Assembly (NCBI GenBank): GCA_043801235.1
Contig: JAZDMF010000312.1
Coordinates: forward strand, 1 to 43,526
DNA from: Bacteroidota bacterium
GTDB taxonomy: Bacteria > Bacteroidota > Bacteroidia > Bacteroidales > CG2-30-32-10
DNA length: 43,526 nt
Reading direction: 5' to 3'
Part shown: positions 17,686 through 27,482 of the stretch, piece by piece
How the letters are laid out: each line of letters opens with the position of its first letter
Position numbering within the stretch: position 1 is the first letter of the stretch
Program-made: the position numbers and the translations under genes
The notes under the pieces: generated by a model
Databases searched by the model: none
What the model saw: only the letters and a program-made list of their open reading frames with translations
Told to the model about the DNA's origin: nothing

Positions 17686-18258
17686 TCAGTATTTCTTTAC
17701 AAACTCAACCAATTCAGGAAAAAAAATTTCAAAATCATATTGGTATTGCGTATAGTTTTTTTTGAGTTCATCCACCGCTGCTGTCAGATTTGTTGAATTC
17801 TTTGCCCTGCCCGACATGCGTTCCAATGCAAACTGTACTCCTTTGAATGAAGCATAGGAAACTAGCAAATTCCGGAAACGCATATATATCAAAGCCACCT
17901 GGAATCCTGATGGAAAAAGTTTCCGGTACTTTTTTAATGCGTTATAACTTTTCATGGCGAATTTGCAAAGGGGCATTTCAGAATATTTTTCCCAGTTTGC
18001 TGCAAGAAAATGATCGTAAAAAACATCAATGATTACCGGTGCATAATGCCCGAATTCCTGCCGCAGCCTTTGTTTTGAAGCTTCAACAACAGGATGGTTG
18101 TCGGTAAAATGATCAATGGCATGATGCAATAGAATGCCTTTCTGAATTCCTTCGCTGAAATCATTTAACTTTTTTCCCCTGATCCTGTCGGCCAGAACAT
18201 TTCCCACCATAATTTCTTCATCGTTGCCGGAAAGATAAAGATGTGCAAGAAAATTCAT
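17686..18258 (-). CDS. acpH: acyl carrier protein phosphodiesterase
   Basis: Begins MNFLAHLYLSG... then LADRIRG and HHAIDHFTDNHP, the canonical AcpH N-terminus. The 17-aa upstream extension to the ATG at 18309 looks non-native. Confidence 0.8.
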   Translation of the reverse strand: MNFLAHLYLSGNDEEIMVGNVLADRIRGKKLNDFSEGIQKGILLHHAIDHFTDNHPVVEASKQRLRQEFGHYAPVIIDVFYDHFLAANWEKYSEMPLCKFAMKSYNALKKYRKLFPSGFQVALIYMRFRNLLVSYASFKGVQFALERMSGRAKNSTNLTAAVDELKKNYTQYQYDFEIFFPELVEFVKKY

Positions 18259-18349
18259 TTTTTTTCGTTTAATGTAATAGAAATGAATGAACAAGGTTGT
18301 TATTAACATGATGCGGTGAAAATCTTTGAAAAACCAGCACCATGAAAGG

Positions 18350-18357
18350 CAAATTTA
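18350..18357 (-). promoter_or_regulatory. candidate -7 box (TAAATTTG) upstream of acpH
   Basis: TAnnTTTG match on the minus strand in the acpH/phoH2 divergent gap. Confidence 0.25.
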
Positions 18358-18409
18358 TAAATTAATTTTACCATGGCGTATGCTGCCCATTTATAACTAA
18401 AAAGGTTTT

Positions 18410-19765
18410 ATGCTTAAGACGATTGCAAAAGCCTCTAAAACAAAGAAGATTTTTGTTCTAGACACCTCCGTGATTCTTTACAATCACAACTCTATTAACA
18501 GTTTTGAAGATAACGATGTAGCCATCCCCATCACTGTGCTTGAAGAGCTCGACAATTTCAAGAAAGGGAATGATACCATCAATTTTGAAGCAAGGGAATT
18601 CATAAGGATTATTGATAAGCTTTCACTGAACAATACCCTGCAAAACTGGGTGCCACTTGATTTTCCTGAAGCAGGGAGATTCCGTGTTATCATGAACGAA
18701 AACGGCAGAAACGGGAAAATGGATGCAATAAAAATATTCGGAGAAAACAAACCCGATCACAGGATACTGAATGCAGCCCTTACTCTGTCAGAAGAAAATC
18801 CTGAATGTAAAGTGATCATGGTCAGCAAGGATGTAAACCTCCGCCTGAAAGCAAAATCTCTTAATATTACAGCCGAAGATTTTTCGACAGGAAAAATTAA
18901 AGACCTTGAACGACTATATACTGGTAAAACAGTCATTAATAATATTCCTCCGGAAACTGTCGATAAAATATATCAGGAAGGATCGTGCGGCCCCGATGAG
19001 ATAGGCGTTACGGAACTTTATCCGAATCATTATTTCATCCTGAAAAACGAAAAGACTTCCATTCTTACTTTTTATAATCCGGTTTCGCAGCAGATAGAGC
19101 GGATTGAAAAGCGTTCAGCTTTCCGCATCACTCCTCGCAATGCCGAACAGGTGTTTGCGCTGCATGCAATATTAAATCCCAATGTAAAGCTTGTTACCAT
19201 GCAGGGAGTGGCAGGTACGGGCAAAACTTTGCTTGCATTGGCCGGTTCGCTTGAGATGAAAAGGAATTTCAAGCAGATTTATCTCGCCAGGCCGATTGTT
19301 CCGTTAAGTAACAAAGATATTGGTTACCTCCCTGGCGATATCAAATCAAAACTGAATCCTTACATGGAGCCTTTATGGGATAACCTGAAGATGATACAGA
19401 ACCAGTTCAGCGAAAAAGACAAAGAATATAAAAATATTGCAGAGTTTGTTGAAAATGAAAAGCTCGTAATCACGCCCCTTGCATACATACGCGGACGCAG
19501 CCTTTCAAACATCTGCTTCATTGTTGACGAAGCACAGAACTTAACTCCTCACGAAATAAAAACCATCATCACAAGGGCAGGCGAGAACACCAAAATCATT
19601 TTCACCGGAGATATTTATCAGATCGACACGCCTTATCTTGACAGCCACAGCAATGGCTTGTCCACTTTGATTGACAGGATAAAGCATCATCCTATTTATG
19701 CCCACATACGATTAGAAAAAGGGGAAAGAAGCGAACTGGCCAATCTGGCGAATACCTTGTTGTAA
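18410..19765 (+). CDS. PhoH2-type protein (N-terminal PIN domain fused to a PhoH-like ATPase)
   Basis: PIN start KIFVLDTSVILYN. Walker A GVAGTGKT, Walker B FIVDEAQN, PhoH signature FTGDIYQID. Confidence 0.9.
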   Translation: MLKTIAKASKTKKIFVLDTSVILYNHNSINSFEDNDVAIPITVLEELDNFKKGNDTINFEAREFIRIIDKLSLNNTLQNWVPLDFPEAGRFRVIMNENGRNGKMDAIKIFGENKPDHRILNAALTLSEENPECKVIMVSKDVNLRLKAKSLNITAEDFSTGKIKDLERLYTGKTVINNIPPETVDKIYQEGSCGPDEIGVTELYPNHYFILKNEKTSILTFYNPVSQQIERIEKRSAFRITPRNAEQVFALHAILNPNVKLVTMQGVAGTGKTLLALAGSLEMKRNFKQIYLARPIVPLSNKDIGYLPGDIKSKLNPYMEPLWDNLKMIQNQFSEKDKEYKNIAEFVENEKLVITPLAYIRGRSLSNICFIVDEAQNLTPHEIKTIITRAGENTKIIFTGDIYQIDTPYLDSHSNGLSTLIDRIKHHPIYAHIRLEKGERSELANLANTLL

Positions 19766-19795
19766 TTGTGGCGAAAGATTTTAAATGGGCTTTGT

Positions 19796-19830
19796 ATTTC
19801 AAGAATCAAATTCCAAAATCGTAAATCAAA
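19796..19830. repeat. heptad tract, 5 units
   Basis: ATTTCAA GAATCAA ATTCCAA AATCGTA AATCAAA, between convergent phoH2 and the M28 gene. Confidence 0.7.
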
Positions 19831-20836
19831 GGGCTTCTTCTTCAAAAATTACGGTCAGCACTGTTTGACCAACCGCTTTGAGTGTATTTTTATTTATGCA
19901 GTCAATATTGTCCTTGGTGGTATGCCAGTATTTAAAAAAACCTGTTTTGGTTTCGCTGTCGCGATGTACAATGTCAACAGTTGGTATTTTGGCAATCATA
20001 TTTATATACAGGTGGTCATCAGTGATGGCGCTTGTTTCCGTCAAAATGAAGTAATCAGAATATCCTGATCTTATACCTGCATCTAATACTTTTTTTGTAA
20101 TGTCAGGGGCATACTGTAATGATGTTCCTTCCTTGGTGAAAGTGGCGTTTTCGGCGCCCACCATATCGAGTAGTATGCCGAATTTTGCATAGTAATCTTT
20201 TACGTGTGGTGTTTTCGACCAATACTGCGAACCCAGGCACCATGAATCTTCCTGCTTTGCAAAATCGCTTTTCTCGGGTTGCCCATAATCTTCAGCATCA
20301 AATAAAATAAAATCAACACCAATAGGAGGAGGATTGCTGTGAAGCAAACGTGCCAGTTCAATGATTACTCCCACGCCGCTGGCACCATCATTGGCACCAT
20401 CAATAGGTGTGTTGAAGTTTTTTTCATCAGGGTCGTAATCAGCAAATGGACGTGAATCCCAGTGTGAAGAAATGAATATCCGGTTATTGATTCCTGGTTT
20501 TATGGAACCGATAATATTTTTAAAATTAAGCAGGGTGCCGTCGAATGCTTTGGCTTTCGATTCCTGAACATATACTGTGTCACAAAATACTTTAAGCATT
20601 GAGATCAGATATTCAGCGCATTTCTTATGTGCATCAGTATTCGTAACTCTTGGTCCGAACGAGACCTGCTTTGCTGTGTATGTGTAAGCGCTGTCAGCAT
20701 TGAAATCAGGAACGTTGATGTTCTTTGTGGTCTTGGTAGTATCGTTGTCGTTATTGTTTTTGCTGCCGTTTCCGCAGGATGAAATCATCAGCAGGCTAAT
20801 GAAAACTGACAATATCAGTGAAAAGTTTTTTAACAT
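19826..20836 (-). CDS. M28-family lipoprotein, glutaminyl-peptide cyclotransferase-like
   Basis: Lipobox LMISSCG. Metal-ligand motifs SSHWDSRPFAD, GANDGASGVGVIIELAR, ILFDAEDYG. The track start at 20851 is a TTG, so I use the ATG at 20836. Confidence 0.75.
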   Translation of the reverse strand: MLKNFSLILSVFISLLMISSCGNGSKNNNDNDTTKTTKNINVPDFNADSAYTYTAKQVSFGPRVTNTDAHKKCAEYLISMLKVFCDTVYVQESKAKAFDGTLLNFKNIIGSIKPGINNRIFISSHWDSRPFADYDPDEKNFNTPIDGANDGASGVGVIIELARLLHSNPPPIGVDFILFDAEDYGQPEKSDFAKQEDSWCLGSQYWSKTPHVKDYYAKFGILLDMVGAENATFTKEGTSLQYAPDITKKVLDAGIRSGYSDYFILTETSAITDDHLYINMIAKIPTVDIVHRDSETKTGFFKYWHTTKDNIDCINKNTLKAVGQTVLTVIFEEEAL

Positions 20837-20847
20837 AAAAGGGTTAT

Positions 20848-22752
20848 TCAAATTATTTCTTTAACTGTTTTAATGATTCCATTCACATGGAAACCGCATT
20901 CGTTATACAATTCTTTCTGTGAACCGTGTTCAACAAAACGGTCGGGAATGCCGAGGCGCTTTATATGAATATTGTAATTATTATCCGATGCAAATTCAAT
21001 GATGCCGCTGCCCATACCGCCCGTAATTGTTCCATCTTCAACGGTAACGATGTTTTTGAACTTTTTAAATACTTCGTGAAGTAATTCTTCATCCAGCGGT
21101 TTAACAAATCTCAAATCATAATGCGCTGCACTGATGCCTTCTTTTTCAAGCATAAGAACAGCTTCAGAAGCAAAGTTCCCGACATGGCCAATAGTCAGAA
21201 TAGCAATATCTTTTCCATCTTTAAGTTTGCGTCCTTTGCCAATTTCTATTTCCGAAAACTCTTTTCTCCAGTCAGTAATAACTCCATTGCCTTTCGGATA
21301 ACGTATTGCAAAAGGGCCGGTATTCCTGAGTTGTGCGGTGTACATCAGGTTTCGCAGTTCCACTTCATTCATGGGGGCGGCAACTATCATGTCAGGAATA
21401 CAGCGCAGGTAGGCCAGATCATAGGCTCCGTGATGTGTGGCTCCGTCTTCGCCAACTAATCCGCCGCGGTCAAGGCAGAAAATAACATGGAGCTTTTGCA
21501 ATGCTACGTCATGTATTATTTGGTCATAGGCGCGTTGCAGGAACGATGAATAAATATTACAGAAGGGTATGTAGCCCTGCACGGCCATGCCTGCTGAAAA
21601 TGTAACAGCATGTTGTTCAGCTATACCCACATCAAATGCTCGTTCCGGCATTTTCTCCATCATCATGTTCAGCGAACAGCCGGTAGCCATTGCAGGTGTG
21701 ATTCCGACAATTTTAGGATTTTTTTCTGCCAGTTCAATAATGGTTTCACCAAATACATTCTGATATTTCGGCGGTTTATTATTGTCTTCAGGTTTATCCA
21801 TAATTACACCGGTCTTGCTGTCAAACAATCCGGGTGCGTGAAATTTTGTCTGTTCTTTTTCTGCCTGTTCAAATCCTTTACCCTTAACAGTAATGCAGTG
21901 AAGAATTTTAGGTCCGGGGATTCGTTTTAAATCTTTAAGAATTTTTTTCAGCCTGAAAATATCATTACCGTCAACAGGTCCGAAATAACGGAAATTCAGC
22001 GATTCAAAAATATTGCTTTGCCTGAAAATAGTAATTTTTATTGCATTTTCAATCTTCTGAACGAACGATCTTGTTTTTGTTCCGTAACGGCCGCGCTTCC
22101 CAAGCAGGTTCCAGATCTTATCCTTAATGCGGTTGTATGTTTGCGATGTTGTGATGTCGGTAAGATATTCTTTAAGGGCACCTACATTCTGGTCGATGGC
22201 AATTCCGTTATCATTAAGAATGATAAGAATGTTCGCTTTCGAAACGCCTGCATGATTAAGCGCTTCAAAAGCCATGCCTCCGGTCATGGAACCATCACCG
22301 ATTACGGCAATATGATTCCGGTCTTTTTCATTATTAAGTTTCGCAGCAATGGCCATTCCAAGCGTGGCCGAAATGGATGTGGAGGAATGCCCCACGCCGA
22401 ATGCATCATACTCGCTTTCGTTCATTTTCGGAAAGCCGCTGAGGCCTTTGTATTTCCGGTTTGTATGGAAAGTGTCTCTTCTTCCTGTGATAATCTTGTG
22501 TGCATAAGCCTGGTGTCCTACATCCCAGATAAGTTTATCGTAGGGTGTATTGAAAACATAATGAATGGCAACTGCGAGTTCTACAGCGCCAAGGCTTGCA
22601 CCGAGATGCCCGGGATGATGCGAAATCACATCAATAATGTATTGCCTTATTTCACTGCAAAGCTGAAGAAGATCGTCATCCTTCAGTTTCCGCAGATCAT
22701 CAGGCGAATTGATGGCAGCTAATAATTTCCCCGGTTCAATGGAAGAGTACAA
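20848..22752 (-). CDS. dxs: 1-deoxy-D-xylulose-5-phosphate synthase
   Basis: GHQAYAHKIITGR, ThDP motif GDGSMTGGMAFEALN, transketolase-like C-terminal domains. There is no in-frame ATG near the N-terminus. TTG at 22752 gives a typical length and N-terminus (YSSIEPGKLLAAINSPDDLRKL). The track model starts at another TTG, 22836. Confidence 0.9.
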   Translation of the reverse strand: MYSSIEPGKLLAAINSPDDLRKLKDDDLLQLCSEIRQYIIDVISHHPGHLGASLGAVELAVAIHYVFNTPYDKLIWDVGHQAYAHKIITGRRDTFHTNRKYKGLSGFPKMNESEYDAFGVGHSSTSISATLGMAIAAKLNNEKDRNHIAVIGDGSMTGGMAFEALNHAGVSKANILIILNDNGIAIDQNVGALKEYLTDITTSQTYNRIKDKIWNLLGKRGRYGTKTRSFVQKIENAIKITIFRQSNIFESLNFRYFGPVDGNDIFRLKKILKDLKRIPGPKILHCITVKGKGFEQAEKEQTKFHAPGLFDSKTGVIMDKPEDNNKPPKYQNVFGETIIELAEKNPKIVGITPAMATGCSLNMMMEKMPERAFDVGIAEQHAVTFSAGMAVQGYIPFCNIYSSFLQRAYDQIIHDVALQKLHVIFCLDRGGLVGEDGATHHGAYDLAYLRCIPDMIVAAPMNEVELRNLMYTAQLRNTGPFAIRYPKGNGVITDWRKEFSEIEIGKGRKLKDGKDIAILTIGHVGNFASEAVLMLEKEGISAAHYDLRFVKPLDEELLHEVFKKFKNIVTVEDGTITGGMGSGIIEFASDNNYNIHIKRLGIPDRFVEHGSQKELYNECGFHVNGIIKTVKEII

Positions 22753-22867
22753 TTTATTCCAGATGTTGAATATGACATGCAAAATTACGAAAAAAGGAAT
22801 ATGATTTTTTAGAAAAACAAAAACAACTGCATTCAAAAAACACAGTGGCTATAATAGATCAACTATC

Positions 22868-25800
22868 TTATACCATTGATTCTACATTAATATCATTGTC
22901 AGTTGTGATTGCATTTTTAGAATACGGCAAGCCCTTTTTGAAAAGTCTTTTCGATTTATTTCGTTTTACGCGAATTTTTGCAGAATACGCGATGTAATAC
23001 ATGGCAGGAACAAGTATCAGTGTGAGGAATGTGGCAAAGCTCAATCCGAAAATAATGGTCCATGCAAGCTTGCCAAAGAACTGAACATTTTCGCCTCCGA
23101 AATGTATCTGAGGATTCAGGTCAGTAAACATAGTTGCAAAGTTAATATTGAATCCTATGGCTAATGGTAAAAGACCTATAATGGTAGCCGAAGCAGTCAG
23201 AATCACAGGAGTGATACGGGTTTTTCCTGCCTGCACAATTGCATTCCTGGTTTTTAATCCTCGTGCTTTCAGCACATCGGTAAATTCAACTAAAAGAATT
23301 CCGTTTCGCACAACAATCCCTGCAAGGGCAACAATCCCTATTCCGGTCATAACAATAGAAATGCTCATGCCAAAAATAATATAGCCAAGCAAAACACCAA
23401 TTACGCTGAAAAGAACTTCCGCCATGATTATTACCGGCTTGCTCGTCGAGTTGAACTGTGTGATCAGGATAAATAAAATCAGGCATAATGCAAGGATCAT
23501 TGCGGTAGATAAAAAGTTCATCGATTCTTTCTGGTCTTCCTGCTCCCCGGTAATTTTCATATCCACACCTTCCGGAACAACATAATTTTTAATTGCTTTA
23601 TTAATGTTGTCCACAACTTCATTCGCGGTATATCCCGAAAGCACATTGGATGTGAGATTGATGATTCTTTTAAGATTTTTCCGATGTATGCCGCCATAGC
23701 TGTTCACATAACTTAGTTTGGCTACCGATGATAAAGGTATCTGGCGCAGTAATCCGGAATTCATATCCCTGTATGTAATTTTCAGATTGAGAAGCGCATC
23801 AATATTCTTGCGCTGTGATTCTTCGTATCGCAGCTGAATCGGATACTGATCTTCATCTTCCCTGTATTTTGAAATTTCTTTACCCTGAATGGCAGTGTGA
23901 AGTTCTGCTCCAATAGTGGCCGTGGAAATTCCTTCCCTGTTTGCTCGTTCACGGTTAACGTCAATTAAAATTTCAGGTTTGCCTTCTTCAAAATCTGATT
24001 TCAGATCTTCAATCCCTTTGACACCAAGAGAATCAAGATAGTTGGAAAATTTATGTGAAGTGACAAGGATGGAATCAATATTCTCGCCGGTAATTTCAAT
24101 ATTAACAGGCTTGCCGGTAGCAGGGCCGCTGCGGTTTCCTTCCACTGTGATCTCAGCAGCAGGAATTCCCTGTAAAACATTACGGATAGAATCGAGATAA
24201 ATGTTTGTGTTGAACCTGTGACGTTTTGCAAACTCTACAAAAGTTATAGTAATTTTAGCTTTATTTGATGCTACTGAATTATCCATCAGGAAAGGATCAG
24301 AAGCACTGGCAGCAACATTTGTAATTACTGATTCAACAATAGGGTTGTCTTCTCCGATAACACCATAAACCCTGTCCTCAACAATCTTTGTAATAGAATC
24401 AGTGGTCAGCAGGCTTGTACCTATAGGTAATTTCATGTAAACATTAATGGTATTGGGTTCATTTGAAGGGAAAAATTCCACTTTCAATTTTGCCAGCGAT
24501 GTAAGAAAAAATGCAATGAATAGCGCAGCAATTGTTCCCCAAAGAATGTAATACGGTCTTTTCCCTTTCAGGCTTTTTCTCAAAAGTTTTTCATAACCGC
24601 GCATAAATTTAGGTAGAGCCTTGTGCTGAAACCAATAGATCATCCTAACGCCATAAATATTATGGAATAAGTAAAGGATCATCAAAAGAACCATGAAATT
24701 AGCGATGCCAGTCCATTGCGCTACATAAAAAAGCAATGCCAGTCCTGCCATTACTCCGCTTACTTTTAAAAGTTTTCGTTTGTCGGTTTTTTTAAATTTA
24801 TCATGTTCTTCATGTTCCATGAAGTCTACGGCAAATACAGGATTGATAATGTATGCCACGAACAATGACGCAAACAATGTGATTATTAAAGTAATGGGAA
24901 TGAAGTACATGAATTTTCCGACAACTCCCGGCCAGAAAGCCAGAGGAAAGAAAGGCGCAAGCGTAGTAAGCGTTCCCGACAAAATAGGAACAAACACTTC
25001 TCCCGCGGCGAGCTTCGCCGCTTTCACAATGCTCAGCTTTCCCATTCCCTGCCGGAAAATCCGGTGCGTATTTTCAATGACAACGATGGCATCATCCACC
25101 ACAATGCCAAGGGCAAATATGAAAGCAAACATTACAAGCATGTTCATGGTGAAGCCTATGCTCGGTAAAACAATATACGATATGCACATGGAAAGAGGAA
25201 CGGATAATCCGACAAAGAATGCGGTTTTAAATCCCATGAAAAACATAAGGATTATTGTAACCAGGATAAATCCAATGATAATAGTATTGTTCAGTTCATT
25301 CAAAGTGCGCTTTGTAAATTTTGCCTGCTCCCCTGTAATGTCAATTTTTAGCTTTGAAGGCAGCTTGGTTTCCTGTAGCTCAGTAAGAAGTTCCATGATC
25401 TGATCGGAAGCATCCAGCAGATTTTCCCCGCTTTTTTTGATGACATTGAGTGCAAGCACATTTTTGTTATTCAGGCGCGCAAAACTTTCCCTTTCCTTGA
25501 AATTATCCTTCACTTCTGCAATATCCTTCAGGTATGTAATTGCGCCACTTGAGGATTTGACGATCAGGTTTTTTACTGTTTCAACATCCTTGAATTCCCC
25601 AACAACCCGGATGGACCTCTTCATCCCAACCATGTCAATAGATCCGCTCGAAATAGTCATGTTTTCATAGGCTACTGCATTTTCAATATCCCGCAATGTG
25701 ACATCGGCCACCTGCATTTTATACATGTCGACATTAATTTGTATTTCCCTGTCCAGAGCACCAATGATATCAACCCGTGTTATTTCTTTAAGAGATTCAA

Positions 25801-26314
25801 TGCGGTCTTTAATAATATCGGCATAGTCTTTCAGTTTTGCTAATTCAAAATCTCCGGAAATATTGATGTTCATTATCGGCATTTGCGACAAGTCAATGTC
25901 AATAATATCAGGGCCGATCAGGCTGGTCTTCGGCGGCAGGTCGTTCGCTGCCTTGTCTGCCGCATCTTTTACTTTTTGCTTTGCATCGGAAATATCAATT
26001 CCCGTATTGAATTCAACAACAATAATTGAATAGTCCTGCACGCTTGTGCTTGTAATTTTTTTAACGCCATTGATGGATTTCATGTTTTTTTCCAATGGTC
26101 GCGTCACCAGGTTTTCAATATCGGTTGGTGATGTTCCTGCATAAATTGTTGTTACAATTATTTTGGGAATGACTATTTCAGGAAACTGTTCTTTCGGAAT
26201 GTTGTTGTAGCTGATTATGCCGAAAATAGCAATGATCAATACCAAAACATAAATACTTGTTTTGTTGTCTATGCTCCAGCTTGTAGGCCTGAATTCTTTT
26301 ATTTTGCCTTTCAT
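22868..26314 (-). CDS. RND-family efflux transporter permease (AcrB/HAE-like)
   Basis: About 1148 aa, with large periplasmic loops and two 6-TM bundles. Starts MKGKIKEFRPTSWSIDNKTSIY. The track start at 26344 is a TTG. Confidence 0.9.
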   Translation of the reverse strand: MKGKIKEFRPTSWSIDNKTSIYVLVLIIAIFGIISYNNIPKEQFPEIVIPKIIVTTIYAGTSPTDIENLVTRPLEKNMKSINGVKKITSTSVQDYSIIVVEFNTGIDISDAKQKVKDAADKAANDLPPKTSLIGPDIIDIDLSQMPIMNINISGDFELAKLKDYADIIKDRIESLKEITRVDIIGALDREIQINVDMYKMQVADVTLRDIENAVAYENMTISSGSIDMVGMKRSIRVVGEFKDVETVKNLIVKSSSGAITYLKDIAEVKDNFKERESFARLNNKNVLALNVIKKSGENLLDASDQIMELLTELQETKLPSKLKIDITGEQAKFTKRTLNELNNTIIIGFILVTIILMFFMGFKTAFFVGLSVPLSMCISYIVLPSIGFTMNMLVMFAFIFALGIVVDDAIVVIENTHRIFRQGMGKLSIVKAAKLAAGEVFVPILSGTLTTLAPFFPLAFWPGVVGKFMYFIPITLIITLFASLFVAYIINPVFAVDFMEHEEHDKFKKTDKRKLLKVSGVMAGLALLFYVAQWTGIANFMVLLMILYLFHNIYGVRMIYWFQHKALPKFMRGYEKLLRKSLKGKRPYYILWGTIAALFIAFFLTSLAKLKVEFFPSNEPNTINVYMKLPIGTSLLTTDSITKIVEDRVYGVIGEDNPIVESVITNVAASASDPFLMDNSVASNKAKITITFVEFAKRHRFNTNIYLDSIRNVLQGIPAAEITVEGNRSGPATGKPVNIEITGENIDSILVTSHKFSNYLDSLGVKGIEDLKSDFEEGKPEILIDVNRERANREGISTATIGAELHTAIQGKEISKYREDEDQYPIQLRYEESQRKNIDALLNLKITYRDMNSGLLRQIPLSSVAKLSYVNSYGGIHRKNLKRIINLTSNVLSGYTANEVVDNINKAIKNYVVPEGVDMKITGEQEDQKESMNFLSTAMILALCLILFILITQFNSTSKPVIIMAEVLFSVIGVLLGYIIFGMSISIVMTGIGIVALAGIVVRNGILLVEFTDVLKARGLKTRNAIVQAGKTRITPVILTASATIIGLLPLAIGFNINFATMFTDLNPQIHFGGENVQFFGKLAWTIIFGLSFATFLTLILVPAMYYIAYSAKIRVKRNKSKRLFKKGLPYSKNAITTDNDINVESMV

Positions 26315-26359
26315 GATAATTCGCTTAGGTTGTCTCTTTACCAAAAAGAATTTATTGTG

Positions 26360-27469
26360 CTAAAAATTTAAAGTTTGTCCGTCCTCAATATTCTGATAGC
26401 CGAATGTTACAAGCTTGTCGCCTTCTTTCAGCCCTTTCAGGATTTCAGTATAGCCATTGTAGGTTTGGCCGGGCTCCACTTTCACTTTTTTTGCCACGAA
26501 TTTGCCGCTGTCCTGTACAGCAATGTACACATAGCTTTCTTCGTCCATTATCTGAATTACATTTACCGGAACCGAAATAGCGGTATCAGCACTGTAATCC
26601 TTTATTTTCAATACAGCTATCATATTTGCCCTGTATGATTCATCTGTTTCTTTAAGCTCTACCTCACAAGTAAATGTTCTGTTGATTGCATTGATAAATT
26701 TGCTCGCAAAAGAAATTTTTGAATTGATTTCTTTGTCAAGATCAGGAAATGTTACAATAACTTCATTTCCTGTTTTAAGTTTAGCTGAATATGCTTCAGC
26801 AATCTCGGCCACTACCTTAACTTTAGTCAGGTTCACTACACGAAAAGCAGTAGTTACTCCGGGTGTAACTGTTTGTCCTACCTTAATGGGTATCTCTTCT
26901 ATTGTACCGTTTATCGGTGATACGATTGAAGCAAGCTTTATTTGTTCTTGTGTGCTTTTAATAAGGTTTTCATAGTATTCCTTATTATTCTTTGCCGTCA
27001 GATACTGAACCTCCGAGCCAATTTTCTGATCCCATAAATTCTTTTGTTTGTTATAAAGATTGGTAGCAAAAACCAGCGATGAGTCAAGTGTTACAAGCGT
27101 TTGTTTTAAAACGGCATAATCAAGCTGCGCCAGCGCCTGACCTTTGGTTACAGACTGCCCTTCTTTCACATTTATTGCAGTGACCACACCCATCATTTTC
27201 GGACTGACTGTAACGTTTTCCTCCCCGTCAATCTTACCCTGTACTTCAAGATAATGGTTGAACTCTCCTGTTTTAAGTTCAGTAACCAATACTTCGGCAA
27301 TTTTATCAATTCCGGCGTCTTCTTCTAGCGCTATTTCCTTTTCAAGGGATTTTATCTGTTCAGCAATATCATCATGTTTCGCTTTCAGTTTTTCAAGTTT
27401 CGTTTTTTTGTCTGAACTGCATGAGGTGACCAGCAAGCCGGCAATTGCAATCAAAAATATTTTTTTCAT
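26360..27469 (-). CDS. RND efflux periplasmic adaptor (membrane fusion protein), lipoprotein
   Basis: Lipobox LVTSCSS, coiled-coil hairpin, lipoyl/beta-barrel segments (GQALAQLD, VSPINGTI). Confidence 0.88.
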   Translation of the reverse strand: MKKIFLIAIAGLLVTSCSSDKKTKLEKLKAKHDDIAEQIKSLEKEIALEEDAGIDKIAEVLVTELKTGEFNHYLEVQGKIDGEENVTVSPKMMGVVTAINVKEGQSVTKGQALAQLDYAVLKQTLVTLDSSLVFATNLYNKQKNLWDQKIGSEVQYLTAKNNKEYYENLIKSTQEQIKLASIVSPINGTIEEIPIKVGQTVTPGVTTAFRVVNLTKVKVVAEIAEAYSAKLKTGNEVIVTFPDLDKEINSKISFASKFINAINRTFTCEVELKETDESYRANMIAVLKIKDYSADTAISVPVNVIQIMDEESYVYIAVQDSGKFVAKKVKVEPGQTYNGYTEILKGLKEGDKLVTFGYQNIEDGQTLNF

Positions 27470-27482
27470 AACCGTATTTATT

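Noticed and set aside
19766-20068. 100-aa plus-strand ORF after phoH2
   Set aside because: It starts at a non-ATG codon in the heptad tract and lies antisense to the well-supported M28/glutaminyl-cyclase-like gene.
22018-25403. Long antisense ORFs inside dxs (22018-22722) and the RND pump (24780-25403)
   Set aside because: They are shadows of strongly supported genes on the opposite strand, with no recognisable motifs.
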